Source: Oligoflexales bacterium
GTDB taxonomy: Bacteria > Bdellovibrionota_B > Oligoflexia > Oligoflexales > Bog-1112
DNA length: 19,022 bases
Assembly (NCBI GenBank): GCA_045105515.1
Contig: JBGCDR010000142.1
Span: 1 to 19,022 of the forward strand
Reading direction: 5' to 3'
Shown here: piece by piece, positions 8,193 to 16,804 of the stretch
Layout: the number at the start of each line of letters is the position of its first letter
Numbering within the stretch: position 1 is the first letter of the stretch
Made by a program: the position numbers and the translations under genes
Notes under the pieces: model-generated
The model's input: the letters and a program-made list of their open reading frames with translations, nothing else
What the model was told of the DNA's origin: nothing
Database searches by the model: none

Positions 8193-9088
8193 TCTATATT
8201 GATTACTTTATCTACAAGAGCTTTAGCCTCATCTCTAGATGATTCCCAAAATCGATGCATCAATAATGGATATGACATAGCAACAATATCCTCTGGAATG
8301 ACAAAATTTCGCCCATTTAAAAACGCCCAAGCTTTCGAGGCATGAAGGTATCGGATCCCTGCTCTTACAGAAAGACCAGTTGCTATGCTCCTGCTTCTTT
8401 CAAGAATATTTATAAACTTATCCAGAATCTCGGGTGATACTCTGACTTCTTCGACCTTTAACTGCAACTCTACAAGCAGTTTTGTATCAATAATGGGACT
8501 CAATTCACTGAGGTCCTGTTCCTTTCTTGTCCTTAAGAGGATTTTCTTTTCATCTTCACGTGCCGGATAACCAATTGAAAGCACCATTAGAAAACGATCT
8601 AATTGGGACTGAGGCAAATCATAAGACCCAATCTGATCTCGGGGATTCTGGGTAGCCACTATAAAAAACGGCCTTGGTAAAATGAAAGTTTGCCCATCGA
8701 CTGTAACTTGTCTCTCTTCCATAGCTTCCAAACAAGCACTTTGAGTTCGAGGGCTTGCCCGGTTGATCTCATCTGCTAAAACTAACTGAGAAAATATAGG
8801 GCCCGGATGAAAAGTAAACTCACCTTGATCCTGCTCATAAATTGATACCCCTAAAATATCAGCAGGTAGCAGGTCATTTGTAAACTGGATACGGCTTGAA
8901 CTTAGACCAAAAAGTTTAGAAATCACTTTTACTAAAGTAGTCTTACCTAGACCTGGATGGTCCTCAATAAGCAAGTGCCCATCAGCCAAGAGGCAGCATA
9001 CCACCTGCTTAATTACCTCCCGTTTCCCAAGCAAATGCGACTCAGCTACCTCTAACAGCTCGGCTAATTTAGCTTTATAATCGTCCAC
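8186..9088 (-). CDS. moxR: MoxR-family AAA+ ATPase
   Basis: Walker A EDHPGLGKT, RIQFTNDLLPADILG, Walker B LADEINRA, ATQNP, LDRF; GGAGG RBS before GTG. Confidence 0.95.
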   Translation of the reverse strand: MDDYKAKLAELLEVAESHLLGKREVIKQVVCCLLADGHLLIEDHPGLGKTTLVKVISKLFGLSSSRIQFTNDLLPADILGVSIYEQDQGEFTFHPGPIFSQLVLADEINRASPRTQSACLEAMEERQVTVDGQTFILPRPFFIVATQNPRDQIGSYDLPQSQLDRFLMVLSIGYPAREDEKKILLRTRKEQDLSELSPIIDTKLLVELQLKVEEVRVSPEILDKFINILERSRSIATGLSVRAGIRYLHASKAWAFLNGRNFVIPEDIVAMSYPLLMHRFWESSRDEAKALVDKVINIDW

Positions 9089-9225
9089 TCAGCCATTCCT
9101 CCAATCAAAATAAAGCCCAACCAAAAGGTTTTAGGTTATCCTAGCTAAGAAACAGCTGAATGCTAAAACTTAGAAGTACAAGGAGGCATCGGAAAAGGGA
9201 GCTAATAAATAAAGGAAGGATTACA

Positions 9226-10797
9226 TTATTCTTTGCTACCAGAAGAACGTATAGGTAAATACCTGAACAAATGCCAGAGTAGGCAAGCAATCATTACCAA
9301 GCTTATGCATGCAAAAGGAAATGCAGAAGCAATGGTCACCACCTGCATAGACTGGAGTCCACCACTCACCAGAAATACAACGGCCAGGATAGCAATTGCC
9401 AAGGACCAATATATCTTAGAGGTTTGGCTAGGTTTCTTTCCACCAACTGCTGTGGTTGCAATGACTAAAGCAGCTGAATCGCTAGAAGTTATAAAAAACA
9501 GCTTTAAGCATATGATTGCAAGCCCATACAGGGCTAAGTTTCCAGAAAATTTACTAAGATACATGAAGAAAGCTGTTGAGAGGTTTTGGTCAATCAACTG
9601 CCTTACGTTTGGGAGATCCAATCCAAAAAGATCAATACTTGATCGTCCAAGAAGTGAAAACCATACAATGGTGACCAAAGTAGGTAAAGCAACCACCCCT
9701 AAAATAAACTCACGGATCGTCCTTCCTCGGGATATTTTCGCAATAAACATACCTACAAATGGCGACCAAGCTATCCATGAAGACCAATGAGAGCAAGTCC
9801 AATTTATGGGACTACCATCGGCAAGGTAGTCATGATGAGAGGACCAGTAGGTATTAGCGGAAATCTCACTAAAATAAGCAACAAAATCAGTTGAAATCCC
9901 AAGCAAAGCCTTATAAGGGGAAATGAAAAAGAAAATACAAGCCAACAGAATTAAAGCGAGAAAAATAGTCAGGTTACTAAGCAGCTTCATACCTTTTTCA
10001 ATGCCTGATACTACCGATAAGGTGGAGACTAAAGTTATTGTTAAGATAACTCCCAATTCAAGCCCTAATCCGGACTCAATGCCAAAGCTATAAGCTAGTC
10101 CCTGAGATATCTGCATTGCTCCAAGTCCCAAAGAAGAGGCCACTCCAACTACTGGGCAAATCACTGTTGCTGCTTCCAAAAAATTTGAAAAAACACCTTC
10201 TTTTTGGGCAGATTTAGGGAAGCATGACTTAATTGAAAAAGGAAGGTTTTTGCAGTAAGCAAAAAAAGCAAAACAGAGGCCTACCATTGCATAGCAACTC
10301 CACGGATGTACCCCCCAGTGCAAAATGGTTAAACTGATTGATTTCTCAATTTCTGCTTTGCCTTGATAAGTGAAGGCATGGTGGGACAATGGTTCGGCAA
10401 CTCCGTAGAAGAACAGACCAATCCCCATGCCACCGCTAAAAAGCATGCCAAGCCAACTCAGTGTTGAAAATTGAGGTCTGTCATCTTGGCTTGAACTTAA
10501 GCGAATTTTTCCAACAGGGCTCACTAGCAGTAAAATACCAACAAGTATGTATATGTTCATCGTTAATGAATAGAAGCCCGAAAAGTGCGTAGAAATATAG
10601 TCTGTTATGTGCTGGCTGGTTTCTTGAAAAGCCTTAGCGTAAAGAGAAAGAACTGCCAAACCAAGTAAACCTGTCGTTGCTATCAGGCCAATAGAAGGGG
10701 GTTTGATGGTTTTGTTCGCTTTTTCCGAACCGTCAAGGGTACACTCGCGCTCAACAAACTGCTCATTTAATTCTATCGTTTGAATCGCTTGAGTCAT
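9226..10797 (-). CDS. BCCT-family (betaine/carnitine/choline) transporter, likely Na+-coupled
   Basis: Motifs LFSGGMGIGLFFYGVAEP, HWGVHPW..Y, WIAWSPFVGMFIAKISRGRTIREF and FFITSSDS. Start moved from 10887 to ATG 10797 (MTQAIQ), which has an AAGGAG RBS. Confidence 0.93.
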   Translation of the reverse strand: MTQAIQTIELNEQFVERECTLDGSEKANKTIKPPSIGLIATTGLLGLAVLSLYAKAFQETSQHITDYISTHFSGFYSLTMNIYILVGILLLVSPVGKIRLSSSQDDRPQFSTLSWLGMLFSGGMGIGLFFYGVAEPLSHHAFTYQGKAEIEKSISLTILHWGVHPWSCYAMVGLCFAFFAYCKNLPFSIKSCFPKSAQKEGVFSNFLEAATVICPVVGVASSLGLGAMQISQGLAYSFGIESGLGLELGVILTITLVSTLSVVSGIEKGMKLLSNLTIFLALILLACIFFFISPYKALLGISTDFVAYFSEISANTYWSSHHDYLADGSPINWTCSHWSSWIAWSPFVGMFIAKISRGRTIREFILGVVALPTLVTIVWFSLLGRSSIDLFGLDLPNVRQLIDQNLSTAFFMYLSKFSGNLALYGLAIICLKLFFITSSDSAALVIATTAVGGKKPSQTSKIYWSLAIAILAVVFLVSGGLQSMQVVTIASAFPFACISLVMIACLLWHLFRYLPIRSSGSKE

Positions 10798-10799
10798 TA

Positions 10800-10871
10800 A
10801 TACTCCTTTGAAATTATTAATAAAAATGACATCTGTATAAATTACACCAATGTCACATGCCAAAGGAGTAT
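10800..10871 (-). promoter_or_regulatory. Anti-Shine-Dalgarno stem-loop upstream of the BCCT gene
   Basis: Perfect 11-bp inverted repeat ATACTCCTTTG (10800-10810) / CAAAGGAGTAT (10861-10871) covering the AAGGAG RBS; nested inner hairpin TGACAT..TGTA/TACA..ATGTCA. Confidence 0.6.
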
Positions 10872-10911
10872 ACATAATGGTTTCCAAAATTTTAACTATC
10901 GCTAATTTAGG

Positions 10912-10926
10912 TTAGGTTATACCTAA
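10912..10926. promoter_or_regulatory. Candidate LysR recognition box
   Basis: Dyad TTAGG-TTATA-CCTAA containing T-N11-A (10913-10925), upstream of the BCCT gene and overlapping the lysR stop codon. Confidence 0.55.
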
Positions 10927-11918
10927 TCATTTCGGTTTTTATCTTTTGAGGGGGAAACAAGTTTTTCCGGTGCAATATCGCTGACCTTAATTTGCAGTTC
11001 GGGGTCTTTCATCTGTTCTGGACTGCCATCCATTTTCAAGAGTTCACGCAGTTTTTTAATTGAAATCATGCGTTCACTCGCCTTAGCCCACACAGCATAA
11101 AGCTTTATCTCAATGGGCTTATCAAGGGTAAAAGCCTTTACAGTATCCATCCATAGAGACTTAACAAGAGTGTCTTTTGCAAAAATACCTACACACCTAC
11201 CTCTCTGAGCCAAGCCTAGACAAAACTCACTATGATCACTTTCAATAATTTCATCTGGGAAGATATTATATTCCCTCAAATAATCATCCACCGCATTATT
11301 GGTTTGCTTATCCCAGCTGCTACGTGCAAGAGGTATCGTCCTAAGAATATCCTCTTTGTCACGAAATTTACGGTAAATTCGTGGAGAACAGCAGAATAAA
11401 ATCTCAAAGGATCCTATCTCTCCATAGTTGAGTTTTAATGATTTGGGCCTTTCTAAAGACACCCCCCAGTCAACTTCATTGGTTAGAATTTTCTCCATGA
11501 GACGATCTGGATAGACTTCTCTAAGGGTGTTTACAGTACCGTAAGGAGCGTAGAGATCCCAGTACTGGGAAACAAATGCTGCAGCTACTGTAGCCGACGT
11601 TGAGTCCTGAATTGCTACCCTAACCGCATATCCTCCAATAGAATTATAAGAAATCGTATCTAAGAACCTTCCGCCCACATCAAACATTTCTTTAGCGCAA
11701 TGAAAAAGAGCCTCTCCATCGGTAGTCAAAACGATTTTTCTCGGAAAACGTTTAAACAAGCTGACCCCGAGAGTTTTTTCCAACTTTTTAATCTGCTCAC
11801 TTACTGTAGGAGTTGATATATGAAGGAGCTTTCCAGCTTCTTTCATAGATTGTTTCCTAGCCACCTCGAAGAAGCAATATACCTGATTCCAATTTATGTC
11901 TTTTAATGTCTTGATCAT
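10923..11918 (-). CDS. LysR-family transcriptional regulator (NhaR-like N-terminus)
   Basis: wHTH INWNQVYCFFEVARKQSMKEAGKLLHISTPTVSEQIKKLEKTLGVSLFKR...LTTDG followed by a ~200-aa effector domain. Confidence 0.93.
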   Translation of the reverse strand: MIKTLKDINWNQVYCFFEVARKQSMKEAGKLLHISTPTVSEQIKKLEKTLGVSLFKRFPRKIVLTTDGEALFHCAKEMFDVGGRFLDTISYNSIGGYAVRVAIQDSTSATVAAAFVSQYWDLYAPYGTVNTLREVYPDRLMEKILTNEVDWGVSLERPKSLKLNYGEIGSFEILFCCSPRIYRKFRDKEDILRTIPLARSSWDKQTNNAVDDYLREYNIFPDEIIESDHSEFCLGLAQRGRCVGIFAKDTLVKSLWMDTVKAFTLDKPIEIKLYAVWAKASERMISIKKLRELLKMDGSPEQMKDPELQIKVSDIAPEKLVSPSKDKNRND

Positions 11919-12137
11919 GCCTTTACCTAATCAAAGAGATTTCTCTTGGGCAAAAAGCAAACTATACAATATTGAAACTTAAATGAACAAAGTCATCTAG
12001 TCGGCTGAATCATTTTCTAAGGCACAATAGTCTATACTTCTGTGGAGGTACGTGCGTTGGAGGTGTTAAAAAGAGAAAAATATTGTTGGGAAGAATTGTA
12101 TGCTTCCAATCTGCGGAAGCGCTAAAACTGTAAGTGT

Positions 12138-12518
12138 CTATTTAAGGGTTTTGATGAACGCGACTACATCTGCAATAGCCTGATCATTAGCTAATAATCC
12201 AGCCATTCCCTTCATAATAGCACCACTGGTATCTTTAGCATCAGTACCTCGTTGCCCATTTTTATACTTGCTAATTGACTCAGCCAGATACCAAGCTTGC
12301 TGCCCAGACAACTTAGGGCCTCTTAAGGCTGCAGGTGTACTTTCAGGTTTTCCTTCACCATTAGCACCATGGCATTGCACGCAAGGGGCATAAAGAGCCT
12401 TTCCCTTACCCGCATCTCCTTTGGCTGCACCTAGAGCATTTGCAGCAAACGCCATACCAAGACAAGATGTAAGTAGCATTGTTCTGCTGTTTCTGAAAAA
12501 GAACGCCTTGCTATTCAT
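12138..12518 (-). CDS. Periplasmic class I monoheme cytochrome c (c553/c4-like)
   Basis: Signal peptide, GDAGKGKALY, CVQCH, PKLSGQ..WYL, distal Met (IMKGM); GGAGGAG RBS. Confidence 0.93.
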   Translation of the reverse strand: MNSKAFFFRNSRTMLLTSCLGMAFAANALGAAKGDAGKGKALYAPCVQCHGANGEGKPESTPAALRGPKLSGQQAWYLAESISKYKNGQRGTDAKDTSGAIMKGMAGLLANDQAIADVVAFIKTLK

Positions 12519-12534
12519 AGCTCCTCCAAATTCC

Positions 12535-12936
12535 TTAATTAAGGTTTGTTAAATAGGCAATAATATGTTCGACATTTTCTTCTTTACTAAGAATCAAGGT
12601 CATAGCCATGCCCTTCATGACTTCCCCAGTCCTATCAGAAGATTCATAAGCTCTGAGGCCATTTTTGTATTTTGTTATCGATTCTCTCAAATACCAAGCA
12701 TGCTGACCCGCTAACTTTGGACCTCGAGCTGCCCAAGCAGCATCCGCTCCTTTTCCCTCACCAAGCGCTCCATGACACTTAGCACAGCTCTGAAAAAGTT
12801 GCTTTCCGGCTTCAGGATCACCATTTCCATATGCCGCTGAAGCCCACATGTGGAAACAGCTTAATAGTATAGTAAAATTTCTCAGACTTTTAAAGGTGCA
12901 TGGGGATAAGAAGTTGAACCGGCTTTGAATTTTCAC
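12535..12936 (-). CDS. Periplasmic class I monoheme cytochrome c (c553/c4-like), paralog of the neighbour
   Basis: Signal-like N-terminus, GDPEAGKQLF, CAKCH, PKLAGQ..WYL, VMKGM; GGAG RBS before GTG. Confidence 0.92.
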   Translation of the reverse strand: MKIQSRFNFLSPCTFKSLRNFTILLSCFHMWASAAYGNGDPEAGKQLFQSCAKCHGALGEGKGADAAWAARGPKLAGQHAWYLRESITKYKNGLRAYESSDRTGEVMKGMAMTLILSKEENVEHIIAYLTNLN

Positions 12937-13310
12937 TTTTAAACTCCAAACAATAGATAAAAGACTCCCTAGTATGACACCTTAATACACTACGAATCAA
13001 GATCCGAAGCAGTTGGCCGTACCAAGATGGCTGATATAGGTAGCATCGATTTGATGCTTATAACAGCAAAGTACTAGATTGAAAAGCAAGCGATTAATAC
13101 CACAGGTAAACAATGTGCCAATTGAGGCAGAAAGATAAAAAACGATTTAGCATAATTCAATCAAGAAAAATTTACAAAAATTAATTATTAAAAAGAAATA
13201 TTTTTCAGTCCATAAAAAATTGGTCTTGAACTTAAACTATTATTGAGTTCATTATGAGCATAGTAAGAGTAAAAGTAATTTCAATTAATGCTGTAAAAAA
13301 GGGTGATGAA

Positions 13311-13751
13311 ATGCTGAAAAAAATAACTCTATCTATACTATTGACCTCAAGCTTACTTTTTAATTCAAACTGTATTTTTGCTATCGGTGTGAATAATGGC
13401 CATTTAGAAGTATGTGGTTCTAAGCCTAACTGCGTTAGCACAACAAACACCGAAGCTCCCCATGCAATTGAACCTTGGTCTTATGACTCAGCTTCTAATC
13501 TTGATGACATTAAATCAAGGTTAGTTAAGCTACTAGATGACAATAATGCTGAAATTATAACGGTCGAAAATAATTATATTCATGCTGAATTCAAATCAAA
13601 AATCTTCAAATTTGTAGACGACGTAGAGTTTTTAATCGATGAAAACAAGCAATCTATTGAAGTTAGGTCAGCTTCGCGAAAGGGATATTTTGATTTCAAA
13701 GTCAACCTTAAAAGAGTCCAAAAACTCAAAAAATCTTATTTGGCAGAGTAG
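13311..13751 (+). CDS. DUF1499 domain protein (exported)
   Basis: CGSKPNCVST, YIHAEFKSKIFKFVDDVEF, VRSASRKGYFDFKVN..RV. Start moved to ATG 13311 (MLKK plus signal peptide, AAGGGTGA upstream). Confidence 0.9.
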   Translation: MLKKITLSILLTSSLLFNSNCIFAIGVNNGHLEVCGSKPNCVSTTNTEAPHAIEPWSYDSASNLDDIKSRLVKLLDDNNAEIITVENNYIHAEFKSKIFKFVDDVEFLIDENKQSIEVRSASRKGYFDFKVNLKRVQKLKKSYLAE

Positions 13752-13924
13752 ATATTTATTAGTAAGCTATGCGGAATATTTTGACCACAACAGCTTACAC
13801 TCCCTAGCCTTAAACGCCTTTCCTATTCTTCCTTATTGCAATTCATCCATAAATTTGTTACATGTTTCGACCAATTTGTTCTGATAAATATATTTCTAAC
13901 TTCAATCACACCGAGAGACCTACC

Positions 13925-15043
13925 ATGGAGCAAATCCCAATTCATCATAGTGTTCGTATTGTCCTACTTAACCAACAAAATGAAGTCCTGTTGATGAAAG
14001 CAGAAGATCCAAGCACCACAGAACCCGATGGATCTTATTACGGGCCTTTTTGGTTTCTCATCGGAGGAGAAATCGAGAAGGATGAAGATATAAGAACAGC
14101 TGCTTACAGGGAAATATTTGAAGAAACAGGTTTAGATTGCACTCAAGTCAAACTTGGACCAGAGATATGGTTTGGTGATTTTTTCCTCATTCTATCTGGA
14201 AAAAAGCATCATATGAAGCAGCGTTTTCTTCTAGCTCATACGTCTTCAAATAGAGTTCATTTAAATAGGCTTACAGACAGCGAAAAAAAAATCGTAAAAT
14301 CCTTAAAGTGGTTTTCATTGAATAAGATGGAACAATCTCATGAGGTAATATACCCCGTAGGTCTATGCGAGTACCTTGCTCCTATTATAGAAGGATCGAC
14401 CCCAGAGCAAACCGTTAAAATAATCCTTGATCGCAGACCACCTCCAAACAATAGCAAGTTCAATAATATTAAGAAATTCACGAATTACCTCACTTCTATG
14501 CACCTAGGTTTAAAAAGGAAAACAGTTCTACTTGCTGAACACAACTCCAAATGGAAGGAAGCCTTTGCTTGGATTGCTAAATGCATTCGCGCAGAATTGG
14601 GTACAAAAACCGAGATAGAAATGCAACATATTGGGAGCACAAGTATTGAAGGTATGTGCGCAAAACCTATCCTGGATATCTTGATAATCTTTCGAGATTC
14701 TCAAGACCAAAAAGTCTCGATCAAGCCGCTCACAAAACTAGGTTTTGTTCATAAAGCAGATGGCATAGCCAAAGTTACCGGCTGTTACCCAGATCCTAGT
14801 AAACACTACTATTCTTTCTATGATACCTCCAAGCAGCTTGATTTTATTCACCTCCATACTTACGTATCTGGTCATCTCGATATTCAAAAACTCCTCGGTT
14901 TCCGGGATCTATTGAGAAATAGCCTAGAATATAGGAAAGCTTATACTGATCTAAAAAGAAAAATGTATGAAGCAGGAATAAAACGTAAGGATTATACAAA
15001 CTCTAAAACTAGATTTATTGATAAGACGATAGGACCAGTTTAA
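13925..15043 (+). CDS. NUDIX hydrolase fused to a GrpB/UPF0157 nucleotidyltransferase-fold domain
   Basis: Nudix box GGEIEKDEDIRTAAYREIFEETG; GrpB motifs HIGSTSIEGMCAKPILDI, HLH, FRDLLR, Y..LK and YT..K..FI. Start uncertain (13862 or 13925). Confidence 0.88.
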   Translation: MEQIPIHHSVRIVLLNQQNEVLLMKAEDPSTTEPDGSYYGPFWFLIGGEIEKDEDIRTAAYREIFEETGLDCTQVKLGPEIWFGDFFLILSGKKHHMKQRFLLAHTSSNRVHLNRLTDSEKKIVKSLKWFSLNKMEQSHEVIYPVGLCEYLAPIIEGSTPEQTVKIILDRRPPPNNSKFNNIKKFTNYLTSMHLGLKRKTVLLAEHNSKWKEAFAWIAKCIRAELGTKTEIEMQHIGSTSIEGMCAKPILDILIIFRDSQDQKVSIKPLTKLGFVHKADGIAKVTGCYPDPSKHYYSFYDTSKQLDFIHLHTYVSGHLDIQKLLGFRDLLRNSLEYRKAYTDLKRKMYEAGIKRKDYTNSKTRFIDKTIGPV

Positions 15044-15049
15044 TTGAAG

Positions 15050-15724
15050 TCAAAATTCTTTAGAATCTTTAAAAACTAATTCGACTATTTCTTTCAAACC
15101 TTCAACTCTCCCTGGATTTTCTCGAATATACTTATAATTTTTAAAATACCTTAATTCCAACTCTTCTAACCAATCTTTTTTAAGCTTCACCAGATTCCGA
15201 TATTTTAAGGTTTCCTTGCTATCAATTATTTGCCATTCTTGAATGACCTGATCAAAAACTAAATTATGTGGGCTTAAATCTTTGATCAGGACTCTATTTT
15301 CTACCAAGACTTTGAATAACTTGACAAATTTTTTTAGCATTCCTTCATGTAAGGACTCATTCTCAAAATGCTGGGCAAAAGTATTGCCTGGAATCCAAGG
15401 TTTGATAAGGACCTTTTCCTTTTCTATCCACTCTACTAAGCCACAAGGAAACAATCCCAATTCACGCCATTTTTGCGCATACTTCAATTCCATTCTAAGA
15501 GATTTGTTAATAAAATAATTGGAAGGGATCCGGGAAAATTTAAGAACAAATAGCTGCCCATCTTCCAGTCTAGTGGCTTTATAAACATGACCAACTTGTC
15601 CAGATCCTATCAATTGTGAATCGAGATATTCATAATGATTTGCTAATTTATCGCAAACAAATTTTCCATTTGCTTTGTCAGAGAAAAACAAAATTAGCAA
15701 AAGGGAAATATAAATTTTAATCAT
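15050..15724 (-). CDS. Protein kinase-like protein with predicted signal peptide
   Basis: N-terminus MIKIYISLLLILFFSDKANG; Gly loop IGSGQVGHVY; VLK lysine; helix-C Glu; catalytic KDLSPHN; Mg-binding IID; AAGGAAGGA RBS. Confidence 0.8.
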   Translation of the reverse strand: MIKIYISLLLILFFSDKANGKFVCDKLANHYEYLDSQLIGSGQVGHVYKATRLEDGQLFVLKFSRIPSNYFINKSLRMELKYAQKWRELGLFPCGLVEWIEKEKVLIKPWIPGNTFAQHFENESLHEGMLKKFVKLFKVLVENRVLIKDLSPHNLVFDQVIQEWQIIDSKETLKYRNLVKLKKDWLEELELRYFKNYKYIRENPGRVEGLKEIVELVFKDSKEF

Positions 15725-15835
15725 TTCCTTCCTTGTTGAATTTTTAAGCTAGAAAGCTTGACCTTTACAAAAACCAAAGCATACAGCTATATACCTACTG
15801 GTTACTAGTAATAATTTTTTCTGCTAGGAGATAAG

Positions 15836-16792
15836 ATGTCACTTTTCCTTCGATTTTTTTTAGGGATGTTCGTCAGTAACGTATGCTTTGCAGACCAAAG
15901 CGTTCAAGACCTTTCAACAAAATCACAATTTTTCCAAGGCTTATTTAGCGAGGTATTTTCTGACCTCCTAAACAGAGAAATAAATTTTGATGTTGAAATT
16001 AAGAGTGATGAAATCATAAACATGTCAGGAATCATTAACTTAAGAAATAAATTTCGCAATAAAAATATTGAATACACTTTTTTCCCGAACGGCCTAGCAT
16101 TCAAAGCCAAAGTTAGCCAGGGGGAAGACAAAGACTATTATGAAACCATCATAGGGATTCTCTTTCATAAAGGCCATATCTACTCAGGGTTTTTAGATGA
16201 AGAAGTCATCGAAAGTGCCGATCTGGAAAATCTAATCGAGGAAGCACGAGAGTGGAAAATCAGAGATATTAAAGACAAAAAAATTATAAGGTTAGAAAAA
16301 ATTAATGAATCAAAAAATTTTATAGAATTAAGAAAAACAGAAAATGGATACACTCTGACAGGAAATATTTCTTCCGATAATATTAATGGAAAATTTCAAT
16401 TTACTACAAGTTCAATTCACTACATGCGATATGAAGCATTGAAAGATTTATTCAACAGTGGAAAAAAAATAGGCATCCCGATAAAAGACAAAGTCTTCAA
16501 GGAGTTACAAGTATTTAGAGCATTTGCGGTAGAAGATTGTGATCTATCTTTAAAGTTTGCAGATGATGAAATTTTGGGAAAAAAAATTGCCTACATAACC
16601 ATTAGTGGCAAAGAATATGAATCTCTGCTCCAGGAAAACCTAATTGAGAAATTCTCCAATAATGGCATTGGTGAAAATTTTAAGCTAGAACTTGCCGAAA
16701 ACAAACTACCAGATGGTTCGGATATTCTGGTTTATAAAATTTGCAGCGAACAAGAGGAGAAGTTTTTTTATGAGAAAGTTCCATCGATTTAG
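15836..16792 (+). CDS. Secreted hypothetical protein (318 aa)
   Basis: AGGAG RBS; signal peptide ending VCFA; no family recognised. Confidence 0.75.
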   Translation: MSLFLRFFLGMFVSNVCFADQSVQDLSTKSQFFQGLFSEVFSDLLNREINFDVEIKSDEIINMSGIINLRNKFRNKNIEYTFFPNGLAFKAKVSQGEDKDYYETIIGILFHKGHIYSGFLDEEVIESADLENLIEEAREWKIRDIKDKKIIRLEKINESKNFIELRKTENGYTLTGNISSDNINGKFQFTTSSIHYMRYEALKDLFNSGKKIGIPIKDKVFKELQVFRAFAVEDCDLSLKFADDEILGKKIAYITISGKEYESLLQENLIEKFSNNGIGENFKLELAENKLPDGSDILVYKICSEQEEKFFYEKVPSI

Positions 16793-16804
16793 GACATCTG
16801 TGGG

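Noticed and set aside
5947..9790. Shadow ORFs 5947-6162, 7747-7935, 8385-8570 and 9233-9790
   Set aside because: Alternative-frame or antisense ORFs within the transglutaminase, DUF58, MoxR and BCCT genes.
10798..10887. 30-aa N-terminal extension of the BCCT ORF
   Set aside because: The strong RBS sits at ATG 10797, and the extension overlaps apparent regulatory structure.
12102..12120. GCTTCC/GGAAGC hairpin after the cytochrome genes as an intrinsic terminator
   Set aside because: No U-tract follows it on the minus strand.
13051..13064. FNR-like site TTGAT-GCTT-ATAAC
   Set aside because: Second half-site matches ATCAA at only 3 of 5 positions in AT-rich DNA.
13106..13120. Sigma54-like TGGCAC-N5-TTAC on the minus strand upstream of the cytochromes
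   Set aside because: Lacks the conserved -12 GC.
13232..16131. Shadow ORFs 13232-13450, 13639-13884, 14528-14710, 15282-15518 and 15904-16131
   Set aside because: They overlap better-supported genes and show no motifs.
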